NCBI GenBank assembly: GCA_016186325.1
Contig: JACPLW010000002.1
Span: 66,290-130,289 of the forward strand
DNA: 64,000 bases
Source of the DNA: Parcubacteria group bacterium
GTDB taxonomy: Bacteria > Patescibacteriota > Minisyncoccia > UBA10092
Reading direction: 5' to 3'
The notes beneath the pieces were generated by a model. That model made no database searches. It was given only the letters and a program-made list of their open reading frames with translations, and was not told where the DNA came from. Positions 29,461 to 38,031 of the stretch are shown here, piece after piece (within the stretch, counting starts at the first letter, position 1; each line of letters begins with the position of its first letter). A program made the position numbers and the translations under genes.

Positions 29461-30417
29461 ATGGTTATCTTTCTTTACGGAGAGGATTCTTATAGGATTG
29501 CGCAGAAACTAAAAGAGTTGGTTTCCGCCTATAAAGCCAAAAATCCAAGCGGCTTGAATTTTATTTCCCTTGATTTTTTCGAAAATAGTCCCGATGACTT
29601 AATGAGAAATATAATTTCCAACTCTTTTATTCCGGAAAAAAAACTTATTGTTGTCAAAAACATTTTTTCCGCCAAAGGCGAGACATCGCCCCTTCAGGGC
29701 GGGAAGGCAGACTCCGCGCTTTTAACGGATTTTCTAAAAAATAGCGATATCATTTCAGACCAGAATACCATTTTAATCGCATTAAGTTTTGGAAAGTCCG
29801 ATAGCAAAAACGAACTTTTCAAATATTTAACAAAAAAGCCAAATTTATCAGAGCGTTTTGAAAATTTAAAGCCCTATGAAACTAAAAATTGGGTGAGGAA
29901 CTCTTTAAGGCGGTCGGGGATTGAGATTGCCGGCGAAGCGCTGGATTTTCTTGTTTTAAGTTGCGGATATGACTCTTGGCGGCTTGGCGGCGAAATTAAA
30001 AAACTGACGGATTATAAAAATAAAGGCGTTATTCTTAAATCCGAGATTGAAAAATTAGTCGCGACCTCCGCTAATTACAACGTTTTTGAATTGACCGACG
30101 CTTTGGCAAGCAAAAATAAAAAAAGGGCTCTTTTGGCGCTTCACAAGGCTCTTGATAATGGTGAAAAATCAAATGAATTATTGGGGCTTTTGGCCTGGCA
30201 AATAAGGAATCTTTTGCGTTTTAAATTAGGCTCCGGGGAATCTGCCGGAACAAAACTTCATCCATTTGTTTTAGGAAAGCTTAAAGAATCGGCAAAGCTT
30301 TTTTCTCTTGAAGAACTGAACCGAATTATGTTTGGGATAATAAGTCTTGATTTGGCTTTCAAAACCAGCGATGTCAATGAAAAAACCGCGCTTTCCATTT
30401 TGGTAGCGGAGTTATAG
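29461..30417 (+). CDS. holA: DNA polymerase III delta subunit
   Basis: N-terminus MVIFLYGEDSYRIAQK typical of HolA; 318 aa; contains an in-frame GC palindromic insert at 29680-29708. Confidence 0.7.
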   Translation: MVIFLYGEDSYRIAQKLKELVSAYKAKNPSGLNFISLDFFENSPDDLMRNIISNSFIPEKKLIVVKNIFSAKGETSPLQGGKADSALLTDFLKNSDIISDQNTILIALSFGKSDSKNELFKYLTKKPNLSERFENLKPYETKNWVRNSLRRSGIEIAGEALDFLVLSCGYDSWRLGGEIKKLTDYKNKGVILKSEIEKLVATSANYNVFELTDALASKNKKRALLALHKALDNGEKSNELLGLLAWQIRNLLRFKLGSGESAGTKLHPFVLGKLKESAKLFSLEELNRIMFGIISLDLAFKTSDVNEKTALSILVAEL

Positions 30418-30427
30418 TACCTCAATA

Positions 30428-30574
30428 AAATGTGCCCATTACTCTTCTTCGCGCATTCGCCCCGCCAGCGCGGGGCTCATTGTCCGCCTCAGGCACTTTA
30501 TTCACCCCGCAGTTGCGGGGTGAAACCATGCTAAAGTGCCTTCGGAAGCTTCAGAAAAGCAATGGGCACATTTT
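30428..30574. repeat. nested-palindrome element (MITE-like or structured RNA): 13-bp terminal inverted repeats AAATGTGCCCATT/AATGGGCACATTT enclosing two GC hairpins
   Basis: Inner hairpins GCCCCGC-CAG-GCGGGGC and GGCACTTTA[TTCACCCCGCAGTTGCGGGGTGAA]...TAAAGTGCC; lies between convergent holA and rpsT. Confidence 0.55.
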
Positions 30575-30600
30575 AATTAACCAAATTTATTTTTTATAAA

Positions 30601-30738
30601 CAATTTTCTATTTGTTCTCAAAGCGGGTTATGAGTGCGAGCGGGCATGGTCTGTCGCCATAGGCGACAGGAGCGAGCGCGAATCCCTGAGCGAGCACGCT
30701 GAGCGAGCGAGGAAAGCGTGAGAATAAGTAGAAAATTG
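30601..30738. repeat. second nested-palindrome element with 20-bp terminal inverted repeats CAATTTTCTATTTGTTCTCA / TGAGAATAAGTAGAAAATTG
   Basis: About 100-nt GC-rich interior with four GAGCGAGCG repeats and the hairpin GTCTGTCGCC-ATAG-GCGACAG. Confidence 0.55.
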
Positions 30739-30751
30739 TTTAAAACAAAAT

Positions 30752-31030
30752 TTACAATTTATTGACGATTTTGGTTAGACGGGATTTCATTCGACTGGCG
30801 GTGTTCTTTTTAAGAAGATTATTTTTTACTGACTTGTCCAGAGCCTTGTAAACTTTTGGCAAGAACTCGATCGCGCCCTTTTTAGCTTTGGCTGTTATTA
30901 GTTTTTTTAGCGCCGCAAGCTCGCCTTTAAGAAGGCGTGATTTATTTAGATTATTCTTTCGTTGCCTTTTGTTTTTTCTTAAGGCCTTTTTAGCCGCTTT
31001 TGTTATTGGCATGTTTTTAATAATTTTCAA
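30752..31030 (-). CDS. rpsT: 30S ribosomal protein S20
   Basis: Basic helical protein MPITKAAKKALRKNKRQRKNN; true start may be the internal Met at 31012. Confidence 0.8.
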   Translation of the reverse strand: MKIIKNMPITKAAKKALRKNKRQRKNNLNKSRLLKGELAALKKLITAKAKKGAIEFLPKVYKALDKSVKNNLLKKNTASRMKSRLTKIVNKL

Positions 31031-31150
31031 TTTCTAATTTTCAATTTTCAATCAATGATTTAATTTTTAATTTTCAAACGTTTGAAAACTGGGCTATTGA
31101 AAATTCAATGAAAATTGTAAATTGAGAATTGTAAATTGATTATATATACA
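31031..31150. repeat. AT-rich intergenic repeat, copy 2 (same family as 25984-26099)
   Basis: TAATTTTCAATTTCTAATTTTCAATTTTCAATCAATGAT ... ATTGAAAATTCAATGAAAATTGTAAATTGAGAATT in the rpsT/ruvA divergent promoter region. Confidence 0.7.
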
Positions 31151-31211
31151 TATACGCTCTATTTCTAATTTTGGCAAGTTTCGGGTACACTTAAATTGAA
31201 AGAAAAATTAT

Positions 31212-31790
31212 ATGATCTCTTATCTTGAAGGGAAAATTTTAGAAAAAGATGGCAAGTTTTTCACGGTCAACGTAAATGGCGTTGGCTATAAGGTTTTTTC
31301 TCATGACGGCGTTCTCCTAAAAATCCCGGAAGCCGGACACGATGTTAAGATCTGGGCCCATCTTTATGTTCGGGAAGATGCCCTTGATTTGTATGGGTTT
31401 TTAGACAGAGAAGAATTGGAATTTTTTGAAACTTTAATTTCTATTTCCGGCATCGGACCAAAATCGGCGCTGGGAATTTTGGAAGTGGCGCCGGTTATGA
31501 GCTTGAAGCAAGCAATTGTTTCCGAAGACGAGACTTTCTTTACCAAAGTGTCAGGCGTGGGTAAAAAAACGGCCCAGCGCCTAATTTTGGAGCTTAAAAA
31601 CAAACTATCCAAGACGGTGGCATCGGTGAAGGGCAGCGACTCGGAACAAATGGGTGAAGCGCTTGAGGCGTTAGTAAGCCTAGGTTATAATCAGCGGGAT
31701 GCCAGAAGGTCGCTTCAAGAAATTCCGAGGGACATTACGGGCGTTGAGGCCAAAGTTAAAGCGGCGCTTAAACTTTTGGGTAAAAAATAA
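31212..31790 (+). CDS. ruvA: Holliday junction DNA helicase RuvA
   Basis: MISYLEGKILEK start, OB fold plus tandem HhH motifs (GIGPKSA, GVGKKTA), C-terminal domain III. Confidence 0.9.
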   Translation: MISYLEGKILEKDGKFFTVNVNGVGYKVFSHDGVLLKIPEAGHDVKIWAHLYVREDALDLYGFLDREELEFFETLISISGIGPKSALGILEVAPVMSLKQAIVSEDETFFTKVSGVGKKTAQRLILELKNKLSKTVASVKGSDSEQMGEALEALVSLGYNQRDARRSLQEIPRDITGVEAKVKAALKLLGKK

Positions 31791-31887
31791 TTATCAATCC
31801 CGACGTAAAAGTCGGGACTCCGACCGAAACTCCGACGGTACCGTCGGAGAATGCGTCGGAGTTAAAAAAAGCAAGGATAATAGTAGT

Positions 31888-32091
31888 ATGAAAGACCATA
31901 ATCACGATTTAATTCATCATTTGTCGGAAACAATTGATAGCATTTGGCGGTATGATGAATACATAAAAAACGCGCAAGGTTGCGAGCATTGTACAAACTT
32001 GTGGGCGAAGCTGAAAGAAACAGATCAGGAAGCTGAAAAGATGCTTTTGGAAGAAATAAAACGGCACAGCGATGAAAAAAGATTCGACTAG
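31888..32091 (+). CDS. small hypothetical protein (67 aa) bracketed by palindromic hairpin clusters
   Basis: ORF MKDHNHDLIHHLSE...CEHC with an AAGGA RBS 12 nt upstream; strong terminator directly downstream. Confidence 0.35.
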   Translation: MKDHNHDLIHHLSETIDSIWRYDEYIKNAQGCEHCTNLWAKLKETDQEAEKMLLEEIKRHSDEKRFD

Positions 32092-32096
32092 ACAAA

Positions 32097-32173
32097 AACA
32101 ACCCCGCAGCCCCGACGTTATAGTCGGGGCTCCGACCCCTTAAAGGCGTCGGAGCTGCGGGGTTGTTTTTTTT
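32097..32173 (+). terminator. compound terminator: 14-bp outer stem AACAACCCCGCAGC/GCTGCGGGGTTGTT with two inner hairpins, followed by a T tract
   Basis: Inner hairpins CCCCGAC-GTTATA-GTCGGGG and CTCCGAC-loop-GTCGGAG, then TTTTTTTT. Confidence 0.65.
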
Positions 32174-32459
32174 AATTTGTGCTCTATTCTTAAAATAGTT
32201 CGAACGCATTTTGCCGCCTGCGGTGGCGACGGCCAGCCCCCAAAAATTTGAGCGGCTTCGCCGCAATCTTTGACAATTTCAAGTTTTTGAATGATTTAAG
32301 TGTAAATCATTCCAGTAAATTTTTCAATGGAAAATGATTGAAAAATTTACTGCTTTGGCGGCAGATTCTTTAGCACTTTTACAAAATGAAAAGCCTCTCA
32401 CAGGGATTCGTCTTTAGCGAATATGTAAGAGGCCGGGTTAATAGGAGGTGATGTTGAAG

Positions 32460-33221
32460 TTACGTCACCGCGTAGATTCGCTCGACCTCTTCGCCGAGCC
32501 ATATGTTGATGACCAACTTGGACTTCTCGACGACTTCACGCAACTGCGGCATGAGTTCCGCCTCGAGTTCCTGCTCCAGTTCGCGTTGCTCATCCTCATC
32601 GCCTTCGGCGACCATGTCGAGCATCGGTTGGACGATAATCCTCTTGAGCACGTCGGCGTCCATGAACTTGTTCATCGCCTTCTTAGAGAGGGCGACGAAC
32701 TGCTTCTTGGTGAGCATCCGCCGCGTGATCTCGTCGGTCGCGTTCTCGAGCGCGAGAAGTTCGGTCGGTAGGATGCCACGTTCGGCCGCGAGGTCGAGCA
32801 CTGTCGTGACCCACCGCCAGTATTCCTCGTAGGGATTCTTGCGGGGCGGGACCATCGCATGCACCATCTCGAAGATGTTCTCGAACATCAACTTCTCGAG
32901 CATCTTGCGCTCCTCGGCTTCGAGTTCGACGCCCTCGGTCCTCGCGATCTCGTTGATCATTGAAGGGACGAATCGGACGAAATCCCGAGACGAAAGCAAA
33001 GGCGTTGTGCGCCGGTTCTGCTTGAGGCGACGAGCGAGCACGTCGGAGATCCAGTCCGCGAACTTGTTTTTGATCGCGATGGCCTCCGGCTTCTCCTCCT
33101 GGACCTCGTTGCCGAGTTCCTGTTGGAGGCGTACTTGAAACTTCATCTGCTTGCTTTGCTCCGCGTTGAAACGCGCGAGGAGCAACGACTTAAGTTCCGC
33201 CACGGTCATGGTTTTTTTCAT
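32460..33221 (-). CDS. hypothetical protein encoded by a compositionally foreign (~57% GC) gene
   Basis: 253-aa helical charged protein; GC3-rich codons (CTC, GAG, GCG, CGC) contrast sharply with the AT-rich flanks; strong AAGGAGGAAAG RBS and host-like AT-rich upstream; lack of stops produces many antisense ORFs. Confidence 0.6.
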   Translation of the reverse strand: MKKTMTVAELKSLLLARFNAEQSKQMKFQVRLQQELGNEVQEEKPEAIAIKNKFADWISDVLARRLKQNRRTTPLLSSRDFVRFVPSMINEIARTEGVELEAEERKMLEKLMFENIFEMVHAMVPPRKNPYEEYWRWVTTVLDLAAERGILPTELLALENATDEITRRMLTKKQFVALSKKAMNKFMDADVLKRIIVQPMLDMVAEGDEDEQRELEQELEAELMPQLREVVEKSKLVINIWLGEEVERIYAVT

Positions 33222-33471
33222 CTAACTTTCCTCCTTTTTAAGGTTCAAATTTCCACTTATCTTAACATAATTACTTGCTTATATCAAGTCCACAAGATCG
33301 GGAATCACTAAACTAAAAAACAGAAATTCTCTAGAATTTCTGCAACAAATAGTGTGAAAAAATTTTCTTTTACTAATTCAAAACCGCCAATTGATTTTTT
33401 CGCCCAAAATTCCCTATGATTTGGTCGCCGAGCGAAGCGAGGCGAACCAAAACTCCTTGAAATTTCCTACG

Positions 33472-33557
33472 TGGTGCCGCGGGAGAGAGTCGAACTCTCA
33501 TGAGGTTGCCCTCAATGGATTTTGAGTCCATCGTGTCTGCCATTCCACCACCGCGGC
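33472..33557 (-). tRNA. tRNA-Leu (anticodon CAA), type II with long variable arm, CCA encoded
   Basis: Hand-folded: acceptor GCCGCGG/CCGCGGC, D-loop AATGGCAGA, anticodon stem ATGGA/TCCAT with loop CTCAAAA, variable arm GAGGGCAACCTC, T-arm GAGAG-TTCGACT-CTCTC, terminal ACCA. Confidence 0.85.
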
Positions 33558-33644
33558 AATATTATGATACACTACCTTTTTTTAATCCCATTTTCAAGCA
33601 TTTTTAGCTGTTTTAATAAAGTAAAGTGTGGTAAAATTTAACTA

Positions 33645-34530
33645 ATGCGCATTGCGTGGAATAAAGGAGTAACTAAATATAAATCGAAACTCTGTGCTTG
33701 CGGTTGTGGTGAATTAGTTAAATTACATAAGTATCCTAAAATGATGGGAGCGGTTTCACATACTCAGTTAACCAGTTCGTTAAAGGGCACGAGAGAAAGG
33801 GGGTTGGAGGTTTTAATCCAGAGATTAATTCTCCGCGATTATGTCTTTGCGGTTGCGGTCAATATACTAATAAATGTGGTAGCAGATATCGTCGTTTTAT
33901 AAAAGGACATGAAAATATCGGCAGAACTGCTTGGAATAAAGGAAAACCTTTTTCTGCGGAGGTTAGGTATAAAATGAGAAGGGCTCGATTAGGAATAGAA
34001 CCGGCGAATAAAGTTTTTATTGATACCGACCAGTTACGTCGTCTTTACGTTAAAAATAAAAATAATGCCAGACAAGTAGCTCAAGAATTAGGTGTTTCGT
34101 ATAACTCAGTTAAGAATAGACTTCAAAAATTGGGGTGGGCGCGCTCAACAAAAGAATCCTGTTCAAATCCAAAGTTTAAGGAACAGATGCGCCAAATAAG
34201 AATTAAAACCTTAATCTCAAAACCAGTATTAGAGTCGCCGAATAGGCTTGAACAGGCAGTTTATAATACATTAGATGAACTTGGCGTTTTTTACCAAAAA
34301 CAAGTTCCTCTTTTCAATAAATTTGTAGTCGACATTCTATTTCCTCAAAATAATTTAGTCTTAGAAATATTCGGGAGATATTAGCATGAATTACCGGTAA
34401 ACAGGAAAAAGGATTTTTCAAAAAAGAAATATCTGCTTAAATGTGGTTATAAAGTCGATGAAGTTTGGGACGATGAAATTAAAAAAGTTGGAATTGCGCG
34501 GGCTCTTCAGTCGGTTTTAAATAAATATAG
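33645..34530 (+). pseudogene. frameshifted homing-endonuclease-like gene (zinc-ribbon/NUMOD-like repeats, HTH, C-terminal Vsr/DUF559-type PD-(D/E)xK nuclease)
   Basis: Three consecutive reading frames carry related modules: repeated CxCGCG zinc ribbons and AWNKG motifs; HTH QVAQELGVSYNSVKNRLQKLG; C-terminal VVDILFPQNNLVLEIFGRY then, in a shifted frame, HELPVNRKKDFSKKKYLLKCGYKVDEVWDDEI. Confidence 0.5.
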
Positions 34531-34533
34531 TCT

Positions 34534-35304
34534 ATGGCCAAAGCAATAACAATTTGTAACGCCAAAGGCGGAGTCGGAAAGAGTACTACCGCCGTTAATC
34601 TTGGCGCCTATCTCGCAGCTTTGGGAAAATATGTTTTACTTGTTGATTTAGACCCTCAAGCCAATGCTACGGTCGGCCTGGGAGTAGATTGGCGCAAGCT
34701 TGAAAAACACATTTACCATTCGCTTATTGATTTTGAGAGTCCGGAGGGGATTATAAGAAAAACCGGCCTTTTCGGATACGACGTTCTCCCGGCCAATCCG
34801 GCTTTGGCCGGCGCCAATGTTGAACTTGTGAATTTGGAAAGGCGAGAATGGAGGCTTTATGATATTTTAAGGAAAATAAGAACCAATTATGATTACATTA
34901 TTGTTGATTCGCCGCCGTCACTAGGTCTTTTAACCTTGAACGGTCTGGTGGCAGCTGAAGAAGTCATTATTCCAGTTCAATGCGAGTATTATTCCTTGGA
35001 AGGCTTGGGCCAGCTTCTTGAAACAATTGAATTAATACGTAATAATTTAGGGCGGGATTTGAAAATCAAGGGCGCGCTTCTTACGATGCACGACAAAAGG
35101 CAAAAGTTAAGCCGGGAAGTGGTTAAGGAAATAAGAAGGAATTTCCCGGGTTATGTTTTTTCGGCAGTTATTCCCCGGTCGGTGCCGCTCGCCGAGGCGC
35201 CCAGTTTTGGCAGGACTATTCTCCAGCACGCGCCATTTTCTTTAGGAGGCCATTCTTATCGGGAACTGGCCCAAGAAATTATCAACTTAGATAAATCCCG
35301 TTAG
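34534..35304 (+). CDS. parA: chromosome partitioning ATPase ParA/Soj
   Basis: Deviant Walker A KGGVGKSTTAVNLGAYLA; 256 aa; followed by parB. Confidence 0.9.
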   Translation: MAKAITICNAKGGVGKSTTAVNLGAYLAALGKYVLLVDLDPQANATVGLGVDWRKLEKHIYHSLIDFESPEGIIRKTGLFGYDVLPANPALAGANVELVNLERREWRLYDILRKIRTNYDYIIVDSPPSLGLLTLNGLVAAEEVIIPVQCEYYSLEGLGQLLETIELIRNNLGRDLKIKGALLTMHDKRQKLSREVVKEIRRNFPGYVFSAVIPRSVPLAEAPSFGRTILQHAPFSLGGHSYRELAQEIINLDKSR

Positions 35305-35393
35305 AAACTTTACATTATCAGACAAACTTAGTGTAAAATAGCAACTATTAATATAATTATAATTAAGAAAAATCTAGTTAGGTTTCTAACGGG
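35298..35393. repeat. inverted-repeat pair CCCGTTAGAAAC ... 72 bp spacer ... GTTTCTAACGGG (copy c) filling the parA-parB spacer
   Basis: Left arm contains the parA TAG stop; right arm ends 19 nt before the parB ATG; the arm variant (AAAC/GTTT) is compensatory, so complementarity is preserved. Confidence 0.75.
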
Positions 35394-35412
35394 ATAAACA
35401 AAACAATCACAT

Positions 35413-36309
35413 ATGAGAAGTCTTGGCAGGGGTTTAGAATCATTAATCCCGAAAAATGATTCACAAAGTTCCGTACCACAGGGTTTATCAGATGAAAATC
35501 TTAAACAAAAAGAAAGCGTGTTTTTGATTGAGATTGATAAGATAAAAGAAAATCCCCAACAGCCGCGCCGCGGTTTTAATGAAGAAGAATTAAAATTACT
35601 TGCCGATTCCATCCGCGAGCACGGTATTTTACAGCCGCTTATCGTTACCAAACTCGAAGAAGAAAATCCGGCAGGTATAAAAGTTTTTTATGAACTTATA
35701 GCCGGCGAAAGGCGCCTTAGGGCGGCTAAAATAGCCGGACTTAACTTTATTCCGGCTTTGATCAGGAAAAAAACCGAAGAACGGAACAAACTGGAGCTGG
35801 CTTTGATAGAGAACATACAAAGGGCGGATTTAAACGCTATTGAAAAAGCGAGAGGATACGAGCGGCTGGCAAAAGAATTCAATTTGGCTCAGCGGGAGAT
35901 CGCCGACAGGGTGGGGCAATCCCGTGAAGCGGTTGCCAACGCCATTAGACTGCTTCAACTGCCGGTTGAAATTCAAAGAGCAATTGAAACCGGAAAAATT
36001 TCAGAAGGTCACGGCAAAGCGATTTTAGCTCTTGACGATAATCAGCAATCGGCTTTTTTAAATGAAATTATTTCCAAAAACTTGTCGGTTAGGGCGGCCG
36101 AAAGTTTGGGCCGCCAAGTTAAGGGCGTTTCAAGAAAAATAAGGAAAAATATTGGCGATCCGGAAACAAAAGCCTTGGAATCGCGACTCGAAGAGTTCTT
36201 GGGAACTCGCGTTAAACTGGCCAAATCCGGCGGCCGCGGCAACATCTTAATAGAGTTTTATTCTCCCGAAGAACTCAACGCCATTTTAAACAAGATTTTA
36301 AAATATTGA
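35413..36309 (+). CDS. parB: chromosome partitioning protein ParB/Spo0J
   Basis: ParB box GERRLRAAKIAGL, HTH, C-terminal dimerisation domain. Confidence 0.9.
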   Translation: MRSLGRGLESLIPKNDSQSSVPQGLSDENLKQKESVFLIEIDKIKENPQQPRRGFNEEELKLLADSIREHGILQPLIVTKLEEENPAGIKVFYELIAGERRLRAAKIAGLNFIPALIRKKTEERNKLELALIENIQRADLNAIEKARGYERLAKEFNLAQREIADRVGQSREAVANAIRLLQLPVEIQRAIETGKISEGHGKAILALDDNQQSAFLNEIISKNLSVRAAESLGRQVKGVSRKIRKNIGDPETKALESRLEEFLGTRVKLAKSGGRGNILIEFYSPEELNAILNKILKY

Positions 36310-36328
36310 TAAATTTAAAATTGACATC

Positions 36329-38026
36329 TTAAATTTTATAACCCACTTCTTTCACGCTTTTAATCTTTTTTATCGCGAAGATAAGCTCTTCAAGTTTTTG
36401 TTTGTTTCTTGATTCAAGTGAAAAATTTAAGTAGTGATACGGATCTTTTCCTCCCTCGCTTTTTACCGAAAGAATATTTATCTTGTGAAAAGAAATCGCG
36501 TTAGTCACATCTTTCAAAATGCCGATGCGGTCGCGCACAACCACTCGCAATTTAATCGCGGGGATTATTTTCACGTTTTTATTTTCTCCGCCTATAGCGG
36601 AATTTTTTGATTTTATGGCGCTTTTTATTCTTTCTTTGGCTAAGTTTGTTTTCACAAAGCCAAGCCAATCTTCTGACGGCCTTTTATTTTTCTGAACTAA
36701 AATTTCCACTGCGTCTCCCGACTGGAGTTCGGTGTTTAGCGGTACTATTTTTCCATTTATTTTGGCGCCGGAGCATTCGTGGCCGATAGTGGTATGAACC
36801 TGATAGGCAAAATCAACCGGGGTCGCCCCTTCGGGGAGATCTAAAACGTCTCCTTTGGGAGTTAAAACAAAAATCCGGTCTTTGAAAAAATCGATTTTTA
36901 GCGATTCGAAGAATTCGTCCGTGCCACGGACGGCGTGTTGCCACTCCCGCAACTGTTCAATCCATAATAATTCTTTTTTCAATATTTCGGGGTTGCGATT
37001 GTTATATTGCTGTTCCTTATAAGCCCAATGGGCGGCAATTCCATTTTCGGCTTTGGCATGCATTTCCGGCGTTCGGATTTGGATTTCGGTTATTTTCCCC
37101 TCCGGCCCGAAGACAGAAGTATGCAAACTTTGATAGCCGTTTGGTTTCGGCATAGAAATGTAATCTTTAATAAGTCCCGGCACCGGTTTCCAGGTCTGGT
37201 GGATGGCGCCAAGGGTAAGATAACAGTCTTCAATATCTTTTACGATTATGCGGGCGGCGACAAGATCGTGGATTTTATCGAAATTCATCTGGTGGCGGAG
37301 CAATTTTTTATATAAGCTGTAAAAATATTTTGTCCGCGCGTTAATTTCTAACGGGGTTACGTTTTCCTTTTTTAAGATTTCATAAATAACTGGCGTGAGT
37401 TTTTTTATATAATTTTTACGCGTCTCGTACTTTTCTGACACTTCATTTTCCAAGTGGCCATACTCTTCCGGATACAGGTGCTTGAATGCCAAGTCCTCAA
37501 GTTGCCCTTTTAAGTCCCCCATTCCTAAACGATTGGCCAAGGGCGCGTAAATTTCCAAGGTTTCCAAAGCGATCTTTTTTTGATTCGTCTCTTCTAAAGC
37601 GTCCAAAGTCTGCATATTATGGTAGCGATCGGAAAGTTTTATTAGAATTACTCTAATGTCTTGTGCCATTGCCAAAAGCATTTTTCGTAAGTTTTCTGCT
37701 TTGCCTTCGACACCAATGTATTGGATTTTGTTAAGCTTAGTTACTCCGTTAACAAGGAAGGCAACGGCCTTCCCAAACTGCGCCTCAATGTCGCTAATGG
37801 TGTATTCGCTATCTTCAACCACGTCGTGAAGCAGGGCGGCAGCTATAGTTTCGGTGTCAAGATTCATTTTCGTAAGCGCCAGCGCTACACTTAGAGGGTG
37901 TTGAATATATGGTTCGCCACTCTCTCGTTTTTGTCCTTGATGGGCTTTCCACGCCAGTTCGTAAGCTCTCTTGATAAGAGCTCTTTCTTCCGAATTTTGA
38001 AAATAAGTAAGAATTTTTTCTAGCAT
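36329..38026 (-). CDS. rel: bifunctional (p)ppGpp synthetase/hydrolase, RelA/SpoT family (compact, 565 aa)
   Basis: HD hydrolase motif HPLSVALAL...LLHDVVEDS, synthetase motif QIRTPEMHAKAENGIAAHWAYKE, TGS and C-terminal ACT-like region. Confidence 0.85.
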   Translation of the reverse strand: MLEKILTYFQNSEERALIKRAYELAWKAHQGQKRESGEPYIQHPLSVALALTKMNLDTETIAAALLHDVVEDSEYTISDIEAQFGKAVAFLVNGVTKLNKIQYIGVEGKAENLRKMLLAMAQDIRVILIKLSDRYHNMQTLDALEETNQKKIALETLEIYAPLANRLGMGDLKGQLEDLAFKHLYPEEYGHLENEVSEKYETRKNYIKKLTPVIYEILKKENVTPLEINARTKYFYSLYKKLLRHQMNFDKIHDLVAARIIVKDIEDCYLTLGAIHQTWKPVPGLIKDYISMPKPNGYQSLHTSVFGPEGKITEIQIRTPEMHAKAENGIAAHWAYKEQQYNNRNPEILKKELLWIEQLREWQHAVRGTDEFFESLKIDFFKDRIFVLTPKGDVLDLPEGATPVDFAYQVHTTIGHECSGAKINGKIVPLNTELQSGDAVEILVQKNKRPSEDWLGFVKTNLAKERIKSAIKSKNSAIGGENKNVKIIPAIKLRVVVRDRIGILKDVTNAISFHKINILSVKSEGGKDPYHYLNFSLESRNKQKLEELIFAIKKIKSVKEVGYKI

Positions 38027-38031
38027 TATAA

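Noticed and set aside
32448-33138. Cluster of plus/minus ORFs (32448-32771, 32503-32832, 32672-32860, 32839-33138)
   Set aside because: Shadow ORFs typical of a high-GC gene; the minus-strand 253-aa frame with RBS and terminator is the real gene
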